NCBI GenBank assembly: GCA_951406725.2
Contig: OX597833.1
Coordinates: forward strand, 44,082,001 to 44,146,000
Direction of reading: 5' to 3'
Source of the DNA: Octopus vulgaris
Taxonomy: Eukaryota
DNA length: 64,000 nt
Below, piece after piece: positions 23,798 through 37,488 of the stretch. The notes beneath the pieces are model-generated. The model was not told where the DNA came from, made no database searches, and saw only the letters and a list, made by a program, of their open reading frames with translations. Numbering within the stretch: the stretch's first letter is position 1; every line of letters begins with the position of its first letter. The position numbers were made by a program, and so were the translations under genes.

Positions 23798-24103
23798 TGA
23801 GATCTTTCATGAAGAAACTTGAATTTCTTAACCCGCCCGCTAAAGTAAACAAGTTAGCGATCTTCAGATGTTCAGCATACATCGGTGCACCTTTTGGCGC
23901 TACTGACTTTTTATGGATTCATGAGACAAAACACCAGATGTGGATAAATGTTAGTCAAGTGCATGTTCGACCTTATGGAAAGTGTTTATCTCCAGCAGTG
24001 TCAATTAAGAAAATCGTTATAAGAGAGGGGGACATTGGTAACTCAAGCGTCTCATGTTCTGTACACAGGATATCACGCACTCTACAACTCACCAACATAA
24101 CAG
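23798..24103 (+). CDS. gene A exon 3: Ig-like domain 2, VRSFMKKLEF...AIFRCSAYIG..FLW...SVSCSVHRISRTLQLTNIT
   Basis: tttttcttttcag|...G|gtaaac; 306 nt, phase 1-1; C-x14-W-...-C Ig pattern. Confidence 0.88.
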
Positions 24104-24629
24104 GTAAACAAATTTTCTTTGTGTTATCTTCCTTAACGTCTTTATATATTCTTGTTCCTTAACGACTCCTGAAACAATATTTCTGGTTAAGTTACACCTT
24201 CCAGTAAATTTGTACATCCACTCACGGTTATATTAACAATTATATTTATCCTTGACAGGTATATCATTTCGATTAACCAAATTTATATATTTGCTTTTTT
24301 AAGATTCTGGAGACATTTAGTTGATATAAGAAGCTGCATCCTTTAAATGCACTCTATATGACATGGTTTGCATAAAGTCCTCCTTATGGCGGAAATTGTA
24401 TTGAAAAGGTCCGTACAGCATGGAAAAAGCGGACTTTCTCTTTATATATACATACACATGCACGAACGCACGTACACACGTACCCACACAGGGACGCACG
24501 CACACGCACACACACATGCATACACACATGCACACACTATACACACAATAGTAGAGAAATGGTGCACCCCGTCCCACGTGGCAAAGTGGTATGACTCAGC
24601 CACTATAAAGTCAGCAATCATTTGTTGTT

Positions 24630-25930
24630 TGGTCAGTCAGTAGTAGCAGAGTTGTTATTTCATTTGCAGGCTGGTTAAAATCTTGAATTTTTCTGTGAGT
24701 TGAATTGTTTTTCACTGTGTTTGACTGTTTTGTGTCCAACGGCACATCGTTTTGCTGCCTCAGGCGGCTTTTTGACGCTTTCCTCCTTGTTTGAAAGGGG
24801 AGGCGCGGTAATGGAGATCGAGAACTGAAAAGGTTAGCTCCTCAGACTTGTCGTCCGAGGAGGATCTTGTTAAAAGTTTGAAAAAGATTGACGAGGCGAT
24901 GGAGGCCAAGAACTCAAGGCGGTTAAAGATAAATGTGAGGACGTATGCTTGGAAGAATTGAATCAATTCAAGGAAATCTTTGAAATTGAGGGGAACGATG
25001 TAAAGGTGTCCATTTCCAGTGAGACGAGTTAAAAGAAGAACCGTACTGTGCAGAACTTACAGTTTGTAATTGCAGCGAACAGAGGTCGCAACCACAACAC
25101 AGGTTGAAAAGGCATAGAGGAAGTGAAGGAAGTGAATATGGAAGGAAGTGAATTAACTTGCCAGAAGCAGAAGATATGCAACGGGGGAGGTGCGTTTTGC
25201 GTCGAAGGCTTGAGCCAGGTAGCATGGCGTGACTCCCTTCAAAACGGGTGAAGTGGTCTTTCTAACCATTTACCTGCGAAGGCGTGCTTCTGGGGTAAGG
25301 GTAGAAGAGATCCCTCCTTAGGTGGGTGTAGCCTGGCTGGTTGCTGCCATCCCGTTGGAAATGGCAGATAAGGTTGTGAGCTTCCAGGCCAAAAGTGTAC
25401 CACAAAGAAATTGGCACTGGAAATGATAGTCCAGGCCGCCGTGGGAGATTCAGAGAAGATGGTAGAAACCATCACATTTGGAGAGGATATAAAGCTGAGA
25501 GTCTTAGTGGAGAGCAGGACTCACTGTTGCTTTAAATGCGGTCAAAAATGCACATAAAACAGGATGCACTCCACCTGCCGCAAAGGAACCAACGAAAGAA
25601 ACCGCACCTCCACCGCTTGCGATGTCATGTGTGAGCAAAAAAAAACTGGAGAAGGAGGAAGATAATCAGGTGGCAGAAGAGAAACATGGATGGAATACGG
25701 CACCAAAGAAACGGAAGAGAGGGAAAAGAAGAAATCAAGGCGAAAATGTGAATTCTTACCCTACTCCCACCCTGCCCTACGCTGTCCCCACCATCCTCCT
25801 GCAGTCACCAGCAGCAACTCAAAGAACAAGAACGACTATTTCTTTATTGCCCACAGGGGCCAAACATAGAGGGGACGATACAAATGAGGGAGGAGTGGAT
25901 AAAACGAATGATTTTAGAATAGATGAATAG
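24630..25930 (+). mobile_element. degenerate LINE (Tx1/L1-like) ORF1 region (copy B ~50640-51930)
   Basis: Broken zinc-knuckle CFKCGQ..H at ~25525, basic WNTAPKKRKRGK segment; 5' head gtcagtcagtagtag shared with 29015. Confidence 0.5.
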
Positions 25931-25939
25931 TTAAAAATT

Positions 25940-27735
25940 TACGTTAAGAATTTTTATAAATAGGATGATACCAAACAATAACCATACAATGAAGTGGGGG
26001 ACGGGTTTTGCTTCGACCCCGCAAGCCCCATGCCACCATTGTAACCTTTTTGTATAATCTTATTGATATACTATGCGGATTCTTCATTCTCAACAAACTC
26101 GCTACAACCTTCCATCGTTTTCCGTATACATCAGGTGACAGGCATTTTATCTCCACCCTTATTTTTCTCTTAAGATGGTAGATGAGGAAATTAACCAGTC
26201 CAAGGCTGGAGATGAAGATGCCTCTCACGATTCTTTTCACGTGGGTCTTCCATACTACTTCTTTCGGTATAGCGACCACAATGAGAAAACGAGCCATGCC
26301 TTCTTTGTTAAAAGAGGAAGCAGGAACAATCTATATAATCGACTCGAAAGACAGTTGTACTCTTCCCAGTCGCGTCAGCTGGTGTTCAAGGTAAACCCAC
26401 ATTTCGGAAATTTTGGGTTATTGAACAATCGCGTGCAGAACAGTTTCCCTGTCCTGCTCGCATCTTGGGCGCGCGGGTGCGCAAGGTGCGCCATGCTTTG
26501 CGAGTTTATCGCGAATTGGTAAGGCTCCTCAATAACCCTGCCAGGCGGGGAATCTTTGGAAGTTATCCAAGGGTCCTGGCCCAAATGTCCTTCGGAACAG
26601 GCAGGCCAGTTGACCATCATCAAAGCCTAGTCTTCCCCCACATCGTCGTCACACTGAACCTCAACCAACCCTCAATAAAAATACGAGGTGGAACCCCCTC
26701 CGCTGGCGTTGCCCATGTGACAGAGAAGCTTGAGTGCCTCACAACACTTCGCTTGCCAAGCACTCAACTTTCGTCTACACTTGACCCAAGGTCCTAGTTC
26801 ACCCAAACTAGTAAGCTTAGTAAATAACAACCGACCGGACGGAGACCACACCTGTTCACTATCCAGGTAGAGACACAGATACCTCAGCATCAGCGCACGT
26901 CTGCGCATCAACAGCCAAGATATCCCTTGCCCACCATTTAGCAGGTGCTGGCAGCAGACAGAGCGCTTTACAAGAGGACTTCGACTCCACAAAAAAAAAC
27001 GGAAGAGCAGCCCCTCTAAATTGATCAGCCACGAACGGGGGCAAGGCACGACGGTTAGGTGGTAGGTAATCACAGAAGCGATAAACACAACTGCGACCTC
27101 TGCCCTTCCTTTCAGGGAGAGCCGCCACTCAGACCTAATCTGAGTTAGCTGGATCACCCTGCTCGTCACCTCGCTCCAATTCTTTATCTGGAGATCTGGA
27201 CAAAACTAAACCCCTAGCATTTTAACCAGCCCCTCCGTCCAACGCCCTACGACGTTGTTGGGAGGTATCGTCTTGCCTTGCCAGGTGCCGAGTTGCAAGC
27301 CGACTGACTTATTCCAGTTAACTTTTGCTCCTGCCTCATAGCCTTTAATGGCGTTGCCTACCCTCTGTAGGTGTACCATTTCGGACACTATGATGGTGAT
27401 GTCATTCGCATACGCCGAAACCTTCCCACTGCAACCTAGATCTCGTGGGACGCACTTTAATCTCTCCAACTTCCGCAGCAAGAACTCTAGAGCCAATACA
27501 TACAGAAGTGGGGAGAGAGGACACCTTTGACGAACAGAGTGCTTGATGTTGAACGGCTTCAAGAAGAACCCGTTCGCCCGAACGATCGAGTCAATGTTAC
27601 TGTATAAAGCAATGATCCACCCTCTAAAGACGGGGCCGACCCCAAATGCTGTGAGGACCAACACCGGATACCGATGGTCAACCTTGTCAAAAGCTTTCGA
27701 CTGGTTGAAATGGACCAGCACCCCACCCTTGCTAG
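25940..27735 (-). mobile_element. Tx1/L1-like LINE ORF2 (RT and C-terminal region), degenerate (copy B ~51930-53695)
   Basis: NQSKAFDKVDHRY, VRQRCPLSPLLYVLALE, SAYANDITIIV (YADD-like), RLSLKGRAEV, C-terminal AHPRAQD..Cys/His-region remnants. Confidence 0.85.
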
Positions 27736-28119
27736 GAAACTCGTTAACACCTGTTTTTACGCCAAACAGAATGTGCCGTTTATGGCGGTAGACCACGTGA
27801 ATAAAGTGCTGGAAAGATTATGTCTTGATAAAATTGAAAAAGTCGACCATATTAAGGCAAATTGCCCCCTTCTCGATAACCAAACACAAATGAGGGTGAG
27901 ACAGGAGGAAAGCAGTAGCAACGAGAAGCTGAAGGAAGATACAGAGGAGGAAAATACAGATGAAGTCCAAGAAACACTACGGGAAAAGTCTCCAAGAACT
28001 CCCCACCCTCTAAGAACGCTAAAAAAAGAAGACAAAGTAACTGAGTGACACACAAACGCCCACACAGCGACTAACACACGAAAATATATACCAGACAGTC
28101 CAGAATCCTCAACCAAATA

Positions 28120-28388
28120 CAGGGATTCCCCGACTTGCGCGAGCCAACTTTTGATACCGAATGTTCAGGTTGCGCGAGTTGTATTCTCGACTTGCGCTTG
28201 TTGAGAAAATGTTTATTATCCATGGTTGCATTGTATTGTCTGTTATCTTGTTATCTATTCATCATTTCAAATATACATAAAGTAAAAATAATTGTGTTTG
28301 AGTAATTGATAACAGTATCTGGTACTCGACTATCGCGAATTTCGAATTGCGCGTCCCCCAATTACTCGCGCAAGTCGAGGAATCCCTG
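28120..28388. mobile_element. Tc1/mariner-type MITE
   Basis: TIRs cagggattccccgacttgcgcgag / ctcgcgcaagtcgaggaatccctg, TA on both sides; region deleted in copy B. Confidence 0.8.
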
Positions 28389-29014
28389 TATACACCACCA
28401 CGTACATACAGTCCAGTAACACCAATAAATTATTCACAAGCACTCACAAACACTTCACGTAGTGACGGTACAGATTCACTAAGTGATTACGCACGGGCAG
28501 GCATACAAGCAGACACAAGAAACACAAAACAATGATAAAAACAGAGCATTTATAACACACTACTGGATGAATGCAGCCATAGAGGAAAAAATAGGGAAGA
28601 TGACGGCAGTAATTAGAGATATAGAAGAAGAAAACATGAGAGACCCAGGTATGGGATGAATTTTAATTGACAGGAAAAACTATAAAAAATTAAAAGCAAA
28701 CTGTGGGGACGAAGTAAACCCATTAGGGGTAGAAATAAGACACGATCCTCTGCCTCCTGTGTTGGATTTCGAAAAACTGAAACCGCTTTCCATTTGCTAA
28801 GATAACTATTCGGATAAACGTTGGATTAAAAATAGTGTAATATATAGCTAAAATGGTACTACACGGAAGTGGGTTGGAGGAGTAGCCATTAAATCTTCAT
28901 TTTTATAGAATTTCATTTCATTCATCCGTTTATGTTGTTTATCCCACTTGTTCATTGTAGTCTGTCCTTGTTCGTCCCCTCTCTGTATGCCCTTGTAGCC
29001 AATAGAGAAACAAG

Positions 29015-29905
29015 GTCAGTCAGTAGTAGAGAAACATTTGGTGGGTTAAAGTTGTATTATTTGCTGGCGTTATATTGTTGTTTAATTGTTGTAGTGTTCC
29101 TTGAACACTTAAGTTTGTGCTGTCTTGCAGCAGTTTATTTGTGCTTTCCCTCCTCATAGAAGAAGGTAGACTGAATAAAAAGAAAATATGTCAGAAGAGG
29201 AAGATATCAGCTACCCAGAGCTGTCCTCGTCGGAACAGTCGGAGCAATCGTCGTGGTCAGAGATTTCGTGGAGTACAATAGAGAAACTGAACGAAGAACG
29301 GATAACAGAGAAGAAAAACTTCGCAGAAATCGCAAAGTGTAAGGAATATCAAATCGGATGGGGAAAATGGAGAAATTACATGACAATGATGGGTCACGAA
29401 GGATTCAATGTGGAATTGAACCGCCTCAGAAGAAATGGTTAAAAATAGGAAGGAATGTACAATTATATACAAGACGCATTCCGTAGCTGCTGGGAAGATA
29501 GACATAATGACTACTTACAGAATAGAGAAGGCACTAAGGCCAATCTGGCAAGAGATAACGTATCTTACCGGGGGCAAGTATGGAAATGTAGAGGTGAGAT
29601 TTAAAGAGGCAGAAAAGGCAAGGGAGATCGCGGCAACCATTATAAAGAGTGATGAAGTGATACTATTATATATGTACCATAGAAGGCGTGCTTTAAAAGT
29701 TAGCGTAGAGGGAATCCCATCAGAAGTTGACGTGGTCTGGATAGCAGCCACTGTCCTACATAGAAATGAGAAAGAGATAGCGGTTCTCCAGGCCACAACG
29801 ACGGAAAGTAGGCATTGCGAAGGCCAAACCTTAAACACGGTCATTCAAGCGCCAAAGAAAACTATTGAGAAAATGCCAGAAACGATAACGATAGATGATG
29901 TAATA
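29015..29905 (+). mobile_element. LINE ORF1-like fragment (copy B ~54060-54860)
   Basis: Frameshifted ORFs 29188-29959 (GKYGNVEVRFKEAEKAREIA...KVSVEGIP), RRM-like ORF1 character; same 5' head as 24630. Confidence 0.5.
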
Positions 29906-30491
29906 ATGGCCCGATTTCAATCAAATTTTCAACATAGTAAAGTGGAAGCGGATTTGTAATTTAAGCGTGGAAATGGGTTCAAAGTTTGAAAATTAAGGTA
30001 ATATCTCTGAAGTTGAAAAAAAATTTCTCATTTTTACGTATTTTTGCTCTTTACTTTTTATTGTTTACAGTTTAGAGCTTTCATTTGCATGGTCAATCGT
30101 CGAAAACTTCACAAAATAAGTACTAAATTTAACAAAGAAATCCATTTTTTCCTTATTTTTAATCACTCAAATAGTGACACGTACAAAAGGCATGTGTGCT
30201 TTCCGTTTTCACTGCCTGATATTTATGATTGATCTTTCAAAATATTTCCTTTCTCAACTTACTCAAGATCTTTTGTTTTTTATAAATGGGAGAGAGATAG
30301 ATAAAGAAAGATAGAGAGTGAGAGAAAGCGAGGAAGAGTCCGAGAGAAAGGAAGAGTAAGAGAGTGGGAAAGTGAGAGAGAAAAGAGAGAGAAACAAAGA
30401 GGGAGAATGTGGTGATAAGAAACAGAAAGGAGGCAACAGAAAGTAACAACCACACCCTCACCCGCACGTATAGCGGGTCACCTTAAGCTAG
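29905..30491 (+). mobile_element. non-autonomous Helitron remnant
   Basis: 3' hairpin acccgc-acgtata-gcgggt followed by CTAG|T at ~30488-30491. Confidence 0.55.
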
Positions 30492-31219
30492 TAACATATA
30501 TTTTTGCGATTTATTTACTTTGTTTCGTTTGTTCTATGTCCCCACAAAGAGACATAGAACAAACGAAACAAATTAAAGACATCTTCGTTGGAGCAGAATA
30601 CAGCTGAGTTTAGACAGCAAGAGAAAAGAGAACTACATGTCTGCATCCTGAAGGAATTTCTATGCGTTAAATAGCAGCTAAATCTCCCTGATGCCTATTC
30701 TATCGTCCTAGTAAAAGAAAGTTTCATTCGAATATGAAGACTTAGCTATAAAAGTAAAAATTCAAAAACACTAACATAATCTCTCTAATTATATCTTTTC
30801 ATTTAAAAAGTATGAATAACTCTCGTTAATATAATTCAAACGATGTCTAAAGTAAAAGACAGGGTGGTTACGGAGGGAAAATCTTCGATCATAGGTCAAA
30901 GTTATCAGGAATGATCTTAAGATCAGCAACGTAATTCGACTGGTTCCAGCAATTTGACATAAGAAGAATACTTCACGAGAATGCTTCAGTTTGTCTGACT
31001 GGCATACAATAGGTACTAGTTCATATTTCAGAGATGAGGAGCTTGCAGTAGAAAAATATAGAGCGTGGCAAGTCAACATAGAAATAAACAAGAACACATA
31101 CTATAAACCAAAAATTTCAATACCGGTATAAAAGATTTATATTAAACAAAAGGAGAAAGATTGAATGAATTTCAGTTCAGGATCAAAATTTGATCATACT
31201 TTTCGATTGTAGATCTGGT

Positions 31220-31297
<78 letters not shown>

Positions 31298-31631
31298 ATC
31301 CAAACATAAAAACACAAAGAGAAGACACAACAACGCGAGGACGTGGAACAAATATAGTATTATTGGACGCTCAGGAAGGAAGGGAAGAAGGAGGGTTTAA
31401 CGTTTCGGGCGGAGCTCTTCCTCTGAAATATATGAGAAGGAAAGATCCAGGGAAGGGAAGACGGAGGAAAAAAATCGCCAACGGTACACACGCGGTCACA
31501 TTTTGAATGATAAACATTTTGATTTCATTTCCAATTTGGAAAACAAAACTGCATTGAAAACTAAGATAAAAACATAAATATTATGTTTCTATATATTATT
31601 TTGTTTATAATTTTTTAATTTTTATTTCTAG

Positions 31632-31664
31632 GTACTGAGCAGAAAGCAATCAGAGACAATGCAG
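31632..31664 (+). CDS. gene A exon 4: 33-nt linker GTEQKAIRDNA
   Basis: tttttatttctag|...G|gtatct, phase 1-1, identical in copy B. Confidence 0.75.
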
Positions 31665-32825
31665 GTATCTTTTATCTTCTAACTTTTGATTCTTTCAGTT
31701 ACTGGATGGTGGCCATGCTGGGCCATTTTCTAATAGTCTTTGTCGTATTTATTCCTGAACTGATACGTTGTGGGCACGTAAACAAATCAACACTGGTTTT
31801 CCAGTGATGGTGGGGAACAAACACTAATATACACATCTATACATACATACATACACACGCTACACACACTCACACACACATACACACCGACAGCGCGCGC
31901 ACACAAATATATACACGACATTCTTGGGAAAGCATAGACCTATGCAGGGTATCTGACACGTAGTGTGACATCAGGCGCTCACACCTCTGTCAGCAGGGTA
32001 TTGGTCTTAGTGGACGTTGCACCGAGATCTGAGTGTCAAGGAAGGCCAACTGCCCAGTCGTTTTCGAAGAAGTTTTGCGCCGGGTTCCATTGATAATTTA
32101 CAAAAATCCCTTGCCTGGCAGTGCTACAGAATAACATTGCCGATTCGTAATAAAATGAACCAGCATGATATTCCCGTCAGCTGCGCTTGCCCTTGATGCA
32201 CATTGCATGTGAAAGATGATGCGATTAATGAGAAAGAGACCAAACCTTCATTGACGTTTCAAGTTTAAAAGAAAAGTGAGCGTGGAGTGCAAGGTCCTTC
32301 CTCCCAGTAAAACTGTTACACCGTGGATGAATATAGCAAGAATGGCTCGAGTGAATTGTCGTAACCTAAGCGTGCCCATGTAGTTACAGCAGTACGGAGG
32401 TGAGAGAAACACAACAGTATTCCTGGTAACAGGGTGACTCAGGATTACTTGGTTACTGTGAGGTTACTTGGTTACCCTTGGGTAGCGTTTCCCTTTTAAT
32501 TGGGAATTTTGTTGTTTTGATTTTCTTCTGATTATTTATTGTTTACATGTGTTTATGTAAATCTCCAATATCCTTGATTACTGTTTCTGAGGCTGCGAGC
32601 TGGTAGATTCATGAGCACGCCGTAAAAAATGCTTGGCGGCATTTTGTCCGGCTTTCTGCGTTAAAATGCCACCGAAGTTGACTTTACTTTTCATTCTTTC
32701 AGAGTCAATGAAATAAGCACCAATTGAATACTGGAGTTGATGTAATCGATGTCCACCTTCACCAAAGTTTTTGGTCTTGTACCAAAATTAAAATGAAACG
32801 GGCTTTTTTTTTCTTTCTATTACAG

Positions 32826-32905
32826 ATAAATTATCTGGTGCAAATATTATTACTAAGATTTTGAAATTTGCAGCAACACTGCTTGTTATTGGCCATTTTC
32901 ATTAA
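32826..32905 (+). CDS. gene A exon 5 coding part DKLSGANIITKILKFAATLLVIGHFH* (exon continues to donor at 32943)
   Basis: ttctattacag| acceptor, phase 1, stop then |gttagt; homologous exon in paralogs B and C; small-residue site then hydrophobic tail suggests a GPI signal. Confidence 0.78.
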
Positions 32906-34378
32906 GGATTTCGGAAAACAAGCCCCAGCAGAATCAAAAAGTGGTTAGTATTGTATTTTTCATTTTCGTTCCTTTGATTTTGTTATTCTTCTATATAATA
33001 TATTTCTTTACTACCCACAAGGGGCTAAACACAGAGGGGACAAAAAAGGACAGATTAAGTCGATTACATCGACCCCGGTGCGTAACTGGTACTTAATTTA
33101 TCGACGCCGAAAAGATGAAAGGCAAAGTCGACATCGGCGGAATTTGAACTCAGAACGTAACGGCAGACGAAATACGGCTACGCATTTCGCCCGGTGAGCT
33201 AACGTTTCTGCCAGCTCGCCGCCGTTCTTCTATATAATATTATTGATTAAGTTTGCGATTATGTCCCAGTGGAAATGGCACACCCCTCCCACGGGACAAA
33301 TGGTATGATTCAGCCACTATAAAGTGCGACGACGTCAACCAGTACGGGTAGTCGTCTATCAGTCGTTGTAGAATAGTTGCACGAGTTCTCTGTTGTAGTT
33401 AAGTGTCAGTTAAGGGTTATAGTCGAGTTCGACTCAACAGTGATGGTAAGCGGTTCAAAGACGCTGTTTTGCAGAGCTATCAGCAATAGCACGATAGACG
33501 AAGCGATGTATTACTACTCCGGTATAGAAGAGATAAACTGTATCCGATACCAGAAAAATGGCCACTATAGTAGATACAACAGCTACAGTCACAAGAGGCA
33601 CCACACATTATAGATATGGAAAACACCACATCATAACAGCTTACTGCATTGGTTTTATTCTAAACTCATCGTTATGGTCATTCTTCTTTAATATTTATAT
33701 AAACATTAATCGAGCAAAAGCATTCGATTACTGAACATCCCATGTTTTCACGGGCGTAGATAATCTTGTTTACTTGTTTCAGTCATTGGACTGCGACCAC
33801 GCTTGGCTACCAGCTTAAACTGTCGAACAAAGAGACGTCACTACCTATTTTTAAGTTTGGTACTTATTCGATTATCACTTTTACCAAACCTCTAAATTAT
33901 GGATCCGTATTCAAGCAACACCAGTTGTGAAGCGCTGGCTGAAGTTAAATACATACATACGTACATACATACATACATACATACATACGTACATACATAC
34001 ATACATACATACATACATTCTCTCTCACTTTCACTCACACAATTACATACATACATACATACACATATACATACATACATACATACATACATACATACAT
34101 ACATACATACATTCATATATACATACATTCATACATACATACATACATACATAAATACATACATACATACATACATACATACATGCATGCATACATACAT
34201 ACATACATACATACATACATGCATACATAGGCACATACATACGTGCATGCATGCATACATACATACATACATACATACATACATACATACATACATACAT
34301 ACATACATACTTAAATACATACATACATACATACACGTATAATTTCTTTCTAAATTGGCAATGCTTTCTTTTTTACAG

Positions 34379-34450
34379 GTTATTTCGAAACTTCCAACCG
34401 AAAATTAACTCACGTTTTCTCCGGAAATAAATATTTGACTCCATACTATA
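34379..34450 (+). other. gene A exon 6: 3'UTR with AATAAA (34426-34431)
   Basis: ttcttttttacag| acceptor; conserved in all three paralogs; 3' end approximate. Confidence 0.65.
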
Positions 34451-34659
34451 TATTGTGTTCCTTCTGCAGTTAGTGCTTGTTGATTTCTGATATTAAAAAC
34501 ATACCTTAATGTGTGTTTGTGTGTATATGGGTACATATGTTCTGATACACATGAATCTAGAAAGATATAATAAAACAATTTTTCGCATATAAGTACACAA
34601 TTTCTATCGTTTTGCAACAGCAACTATTTTCCCTAGGTTAGGGGAAGTATAAAGAGAAA

Positions 34660-35560
34660 TGACATTGTTTTACGTTGACAGGTATAGTGTAGCGGAACTA
34701 AGATGGTATAGGAAAACGTGTAAAGTTTTTGAAAATTTTGGTCAATCAATCCCAATGGAATCAAATAACAGATCAGCTAACTTTATAGATGTAGCTTGCT
34801 TGAATGTAGGATTTTATTCAGCTTAGCATAAGCCAAACGTTAATTTTAATGTTGATAGATTCTCAAATCATCCCTGTGCATTTATAATCTTTATTATTGA
34901 TAGTTTCGCATATAATACCGAGCTGGTCTGCGTCGAATGCGGGTCATTATAAGGTAGCACTCGCTAGAGTGAAATATGTAGAAAAACTAGTTATATTCAA
35001 AGTAGTGAATCAGTTAACAGCCCTTCTTGCTTGAACACTTGAATACTACAATTGGTAGACAAAGGTGTAGGTCTGGAGACGGAATAAATGAGGATATAAT
35101 TAACAATAAGCGTGATTGGTGAAACACGTATGTATATATAGGACATGTGCCCTACTATGAGAACCTAACTATTCGAACCCGCTACCTTGACTATAAGTAA
35201 TAGCAAGAGAGGGGAATGATGGAAATTGAGGGATGTTAAGAAATTATAAGGAGCGAAAATACTTAAGTAACGGAACTACAACTAGCAGCTGTATGAAAAC
35301 ATTAGGTAGTGGTGTAACGTATAAGCAAAACATTGCACACAGTAGGGAAAACAAGAATAGTAAAATCGGTAAAGGATTACGTCAGAAAAAATGATATATC
35401 CAGTATTTAAACTTGATGTATTCCCTCTGATTGCTTCCGCTTTCTTCGCTGCATTAGATAAACTCTTCAGTAAATCTATTAGATATCATAAAACATTTTA
35501 ATAGACATATCGTTAATGTGTCTTACGCAACTACCCTATTATAAGATATACCTCCAATGG
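34660..35560 (+). mobile_element. degenerate Penelope-like RT fragment (copy B ~60290-61200)
   Basis: KVFENFGQSIPMESN.RSANFIDV..LNVG...HKPN...RFSNHP motif of the PLE RT C-terminus. Confidence 0.6.
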
Positions 35561-36512
35561 AATAATAAAATCTTACTCAACAGTTCTTTTCTAATATTTA
35601 TAATTGCAATGTAAATGACTCTACAGGCTGCACATAGACCAGGAGTCGATGTATTGGTAGATAATGTGCGAGAGAATGGAAAGTATTTCAGATGTGACAC
35701 CAACACAACTACTCAAGATATATCCGACGTTCGACTTAGTAGTGGTAATAGTAATAATGTTAACAATTACAGGAATAGTCCTTTCTACAATGGGTTCAAG
35801 ACCAAATCTTGTGGAAGGGGATAGTCGATTCTATCTAAGCCAGTTCTAAACTGGTTATTATTTTCTCGACCCCGAAACTGTGAAAGACAAATTCGAGATC
35901 GAAGATATTTGAACTCAGAAGGTAAAAGACAAGAAATGTCGATAAACATTTGTTCCGTTGTTGTAACGATTGTGCCAACTCTCAGCATCGGCATTTATCG
36001 TATTAATGATGGTAGGAACAGCATAATATTAGTTCTAGTTATTATAATAAATGAAATTAATATCATGAAGATAGTAGTAAAAATGGTGAAAATATTTGTG
36101 ATGCTAATAGTAATGCCAGTTATGACTAGAATAATGCAATAAAATTGGCAACTTTAGAATTACGGATAAATATACACTGGTACTTCACCATCTCTCTCCT
36201 GCTCTCTCTCTCTCTCTCTTTCTCTCTCTGTCTTTCACTTTTGCTGTTTCCTACTCCTTCTCTCTCTCCCTCGCTCTCTCTTGCCCTTTTGCTGTTTCCT
36301 ACTCTCTCTTTCCTTTGTTCTTGTCTCTGGCTGGATAGCCATATATCTCATCTACAGCAGCACACCTATTTCTGCTCTCATTCTTGGTCTCTCTCTCTCA
36401 CTGGGTAGCCATGGAGCTTCTCTATAGCAATACCCTATTTCTACTACTCTATTTCTTTGTAAGACACTAACCATTCATCATCAGATATCGGGCCACCTCC
36501 TCCAATGGTTCC

Positions 36513-36548
<36 letters not shown>

Positions 36549-36758
36549 ACCGTTGGCGATTTTTTTCCTCTATCTTCTCTTCTCTGGATCTTTCCTTCTC
36601 CAATGTTTCCGATGAAGAGCTCCGCTCGAAACTTTAAGCTCTCCTTCTTTCCTTCTTTCCTGAGCGTCCAATAATACTATATTTGTTCCACGTCCTCGCG
36701 TTGTTGTGTTTTTTTGTGCTTTCTTGTTTGGATTAACTCTCTCTATATATATATACAA

Positions 36759-36820
<62 letters not shown>

Positions 36821-37194
36821 AAATAGAGGAATTTATCTCTTAATGTAATTTATGCGAATTATTCTGTAGCCATGATAAAACTCCGAGAAAAAAAAACAGG
36901 GTTCAGAGTAACAATACAGAGAAAAGGCATATGGGAGTATACAAAGTGTAAACCACGTCTATATACGCACATACAATTATGCACGCGCACACACACGCCT
37001 ATATGCGACATACCCGCACACGTCTATACACTCACACACACCATTAAGGAAACTATACTCTATGAAACATTTAGAGAAAATTAGAGACCTGATTATGCGC
37101 ATAAGATGGAAGGTATTATCCATATAAATCAAATGGGGTGATTATAATCGCCCCATTTGATTTATATGGATAATACCTTACTAAATTCTGGTAC

Positions 37195-37271
<77 letters not shown>

Positions 37272-37433
37272 GATAAAATTAGGGAGTATGGCTCCAAACT
37301 TACAGGGAAAAATTAGATTTAGGATTAAATCAAATTTCACAGTATAAATATATAAAATATGAATTAGAGATAAAACCACTATTAGGCAACTCAAACAGTT
37401 TGAGTTGCCTAATAGTGGTTTTATCTCTAATTC

Positions 37434-37488
<55 letters not shown>

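Larger units (their letters stand above)
11984..37120 (+). repeat. segmental tandem duplication, copy A (left end truncated inside a MITE)
   Basis: Colinear, high-identity match to 38570-64000 apart from copy-specific TE insertions and deletions. Confidence 0.95.
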
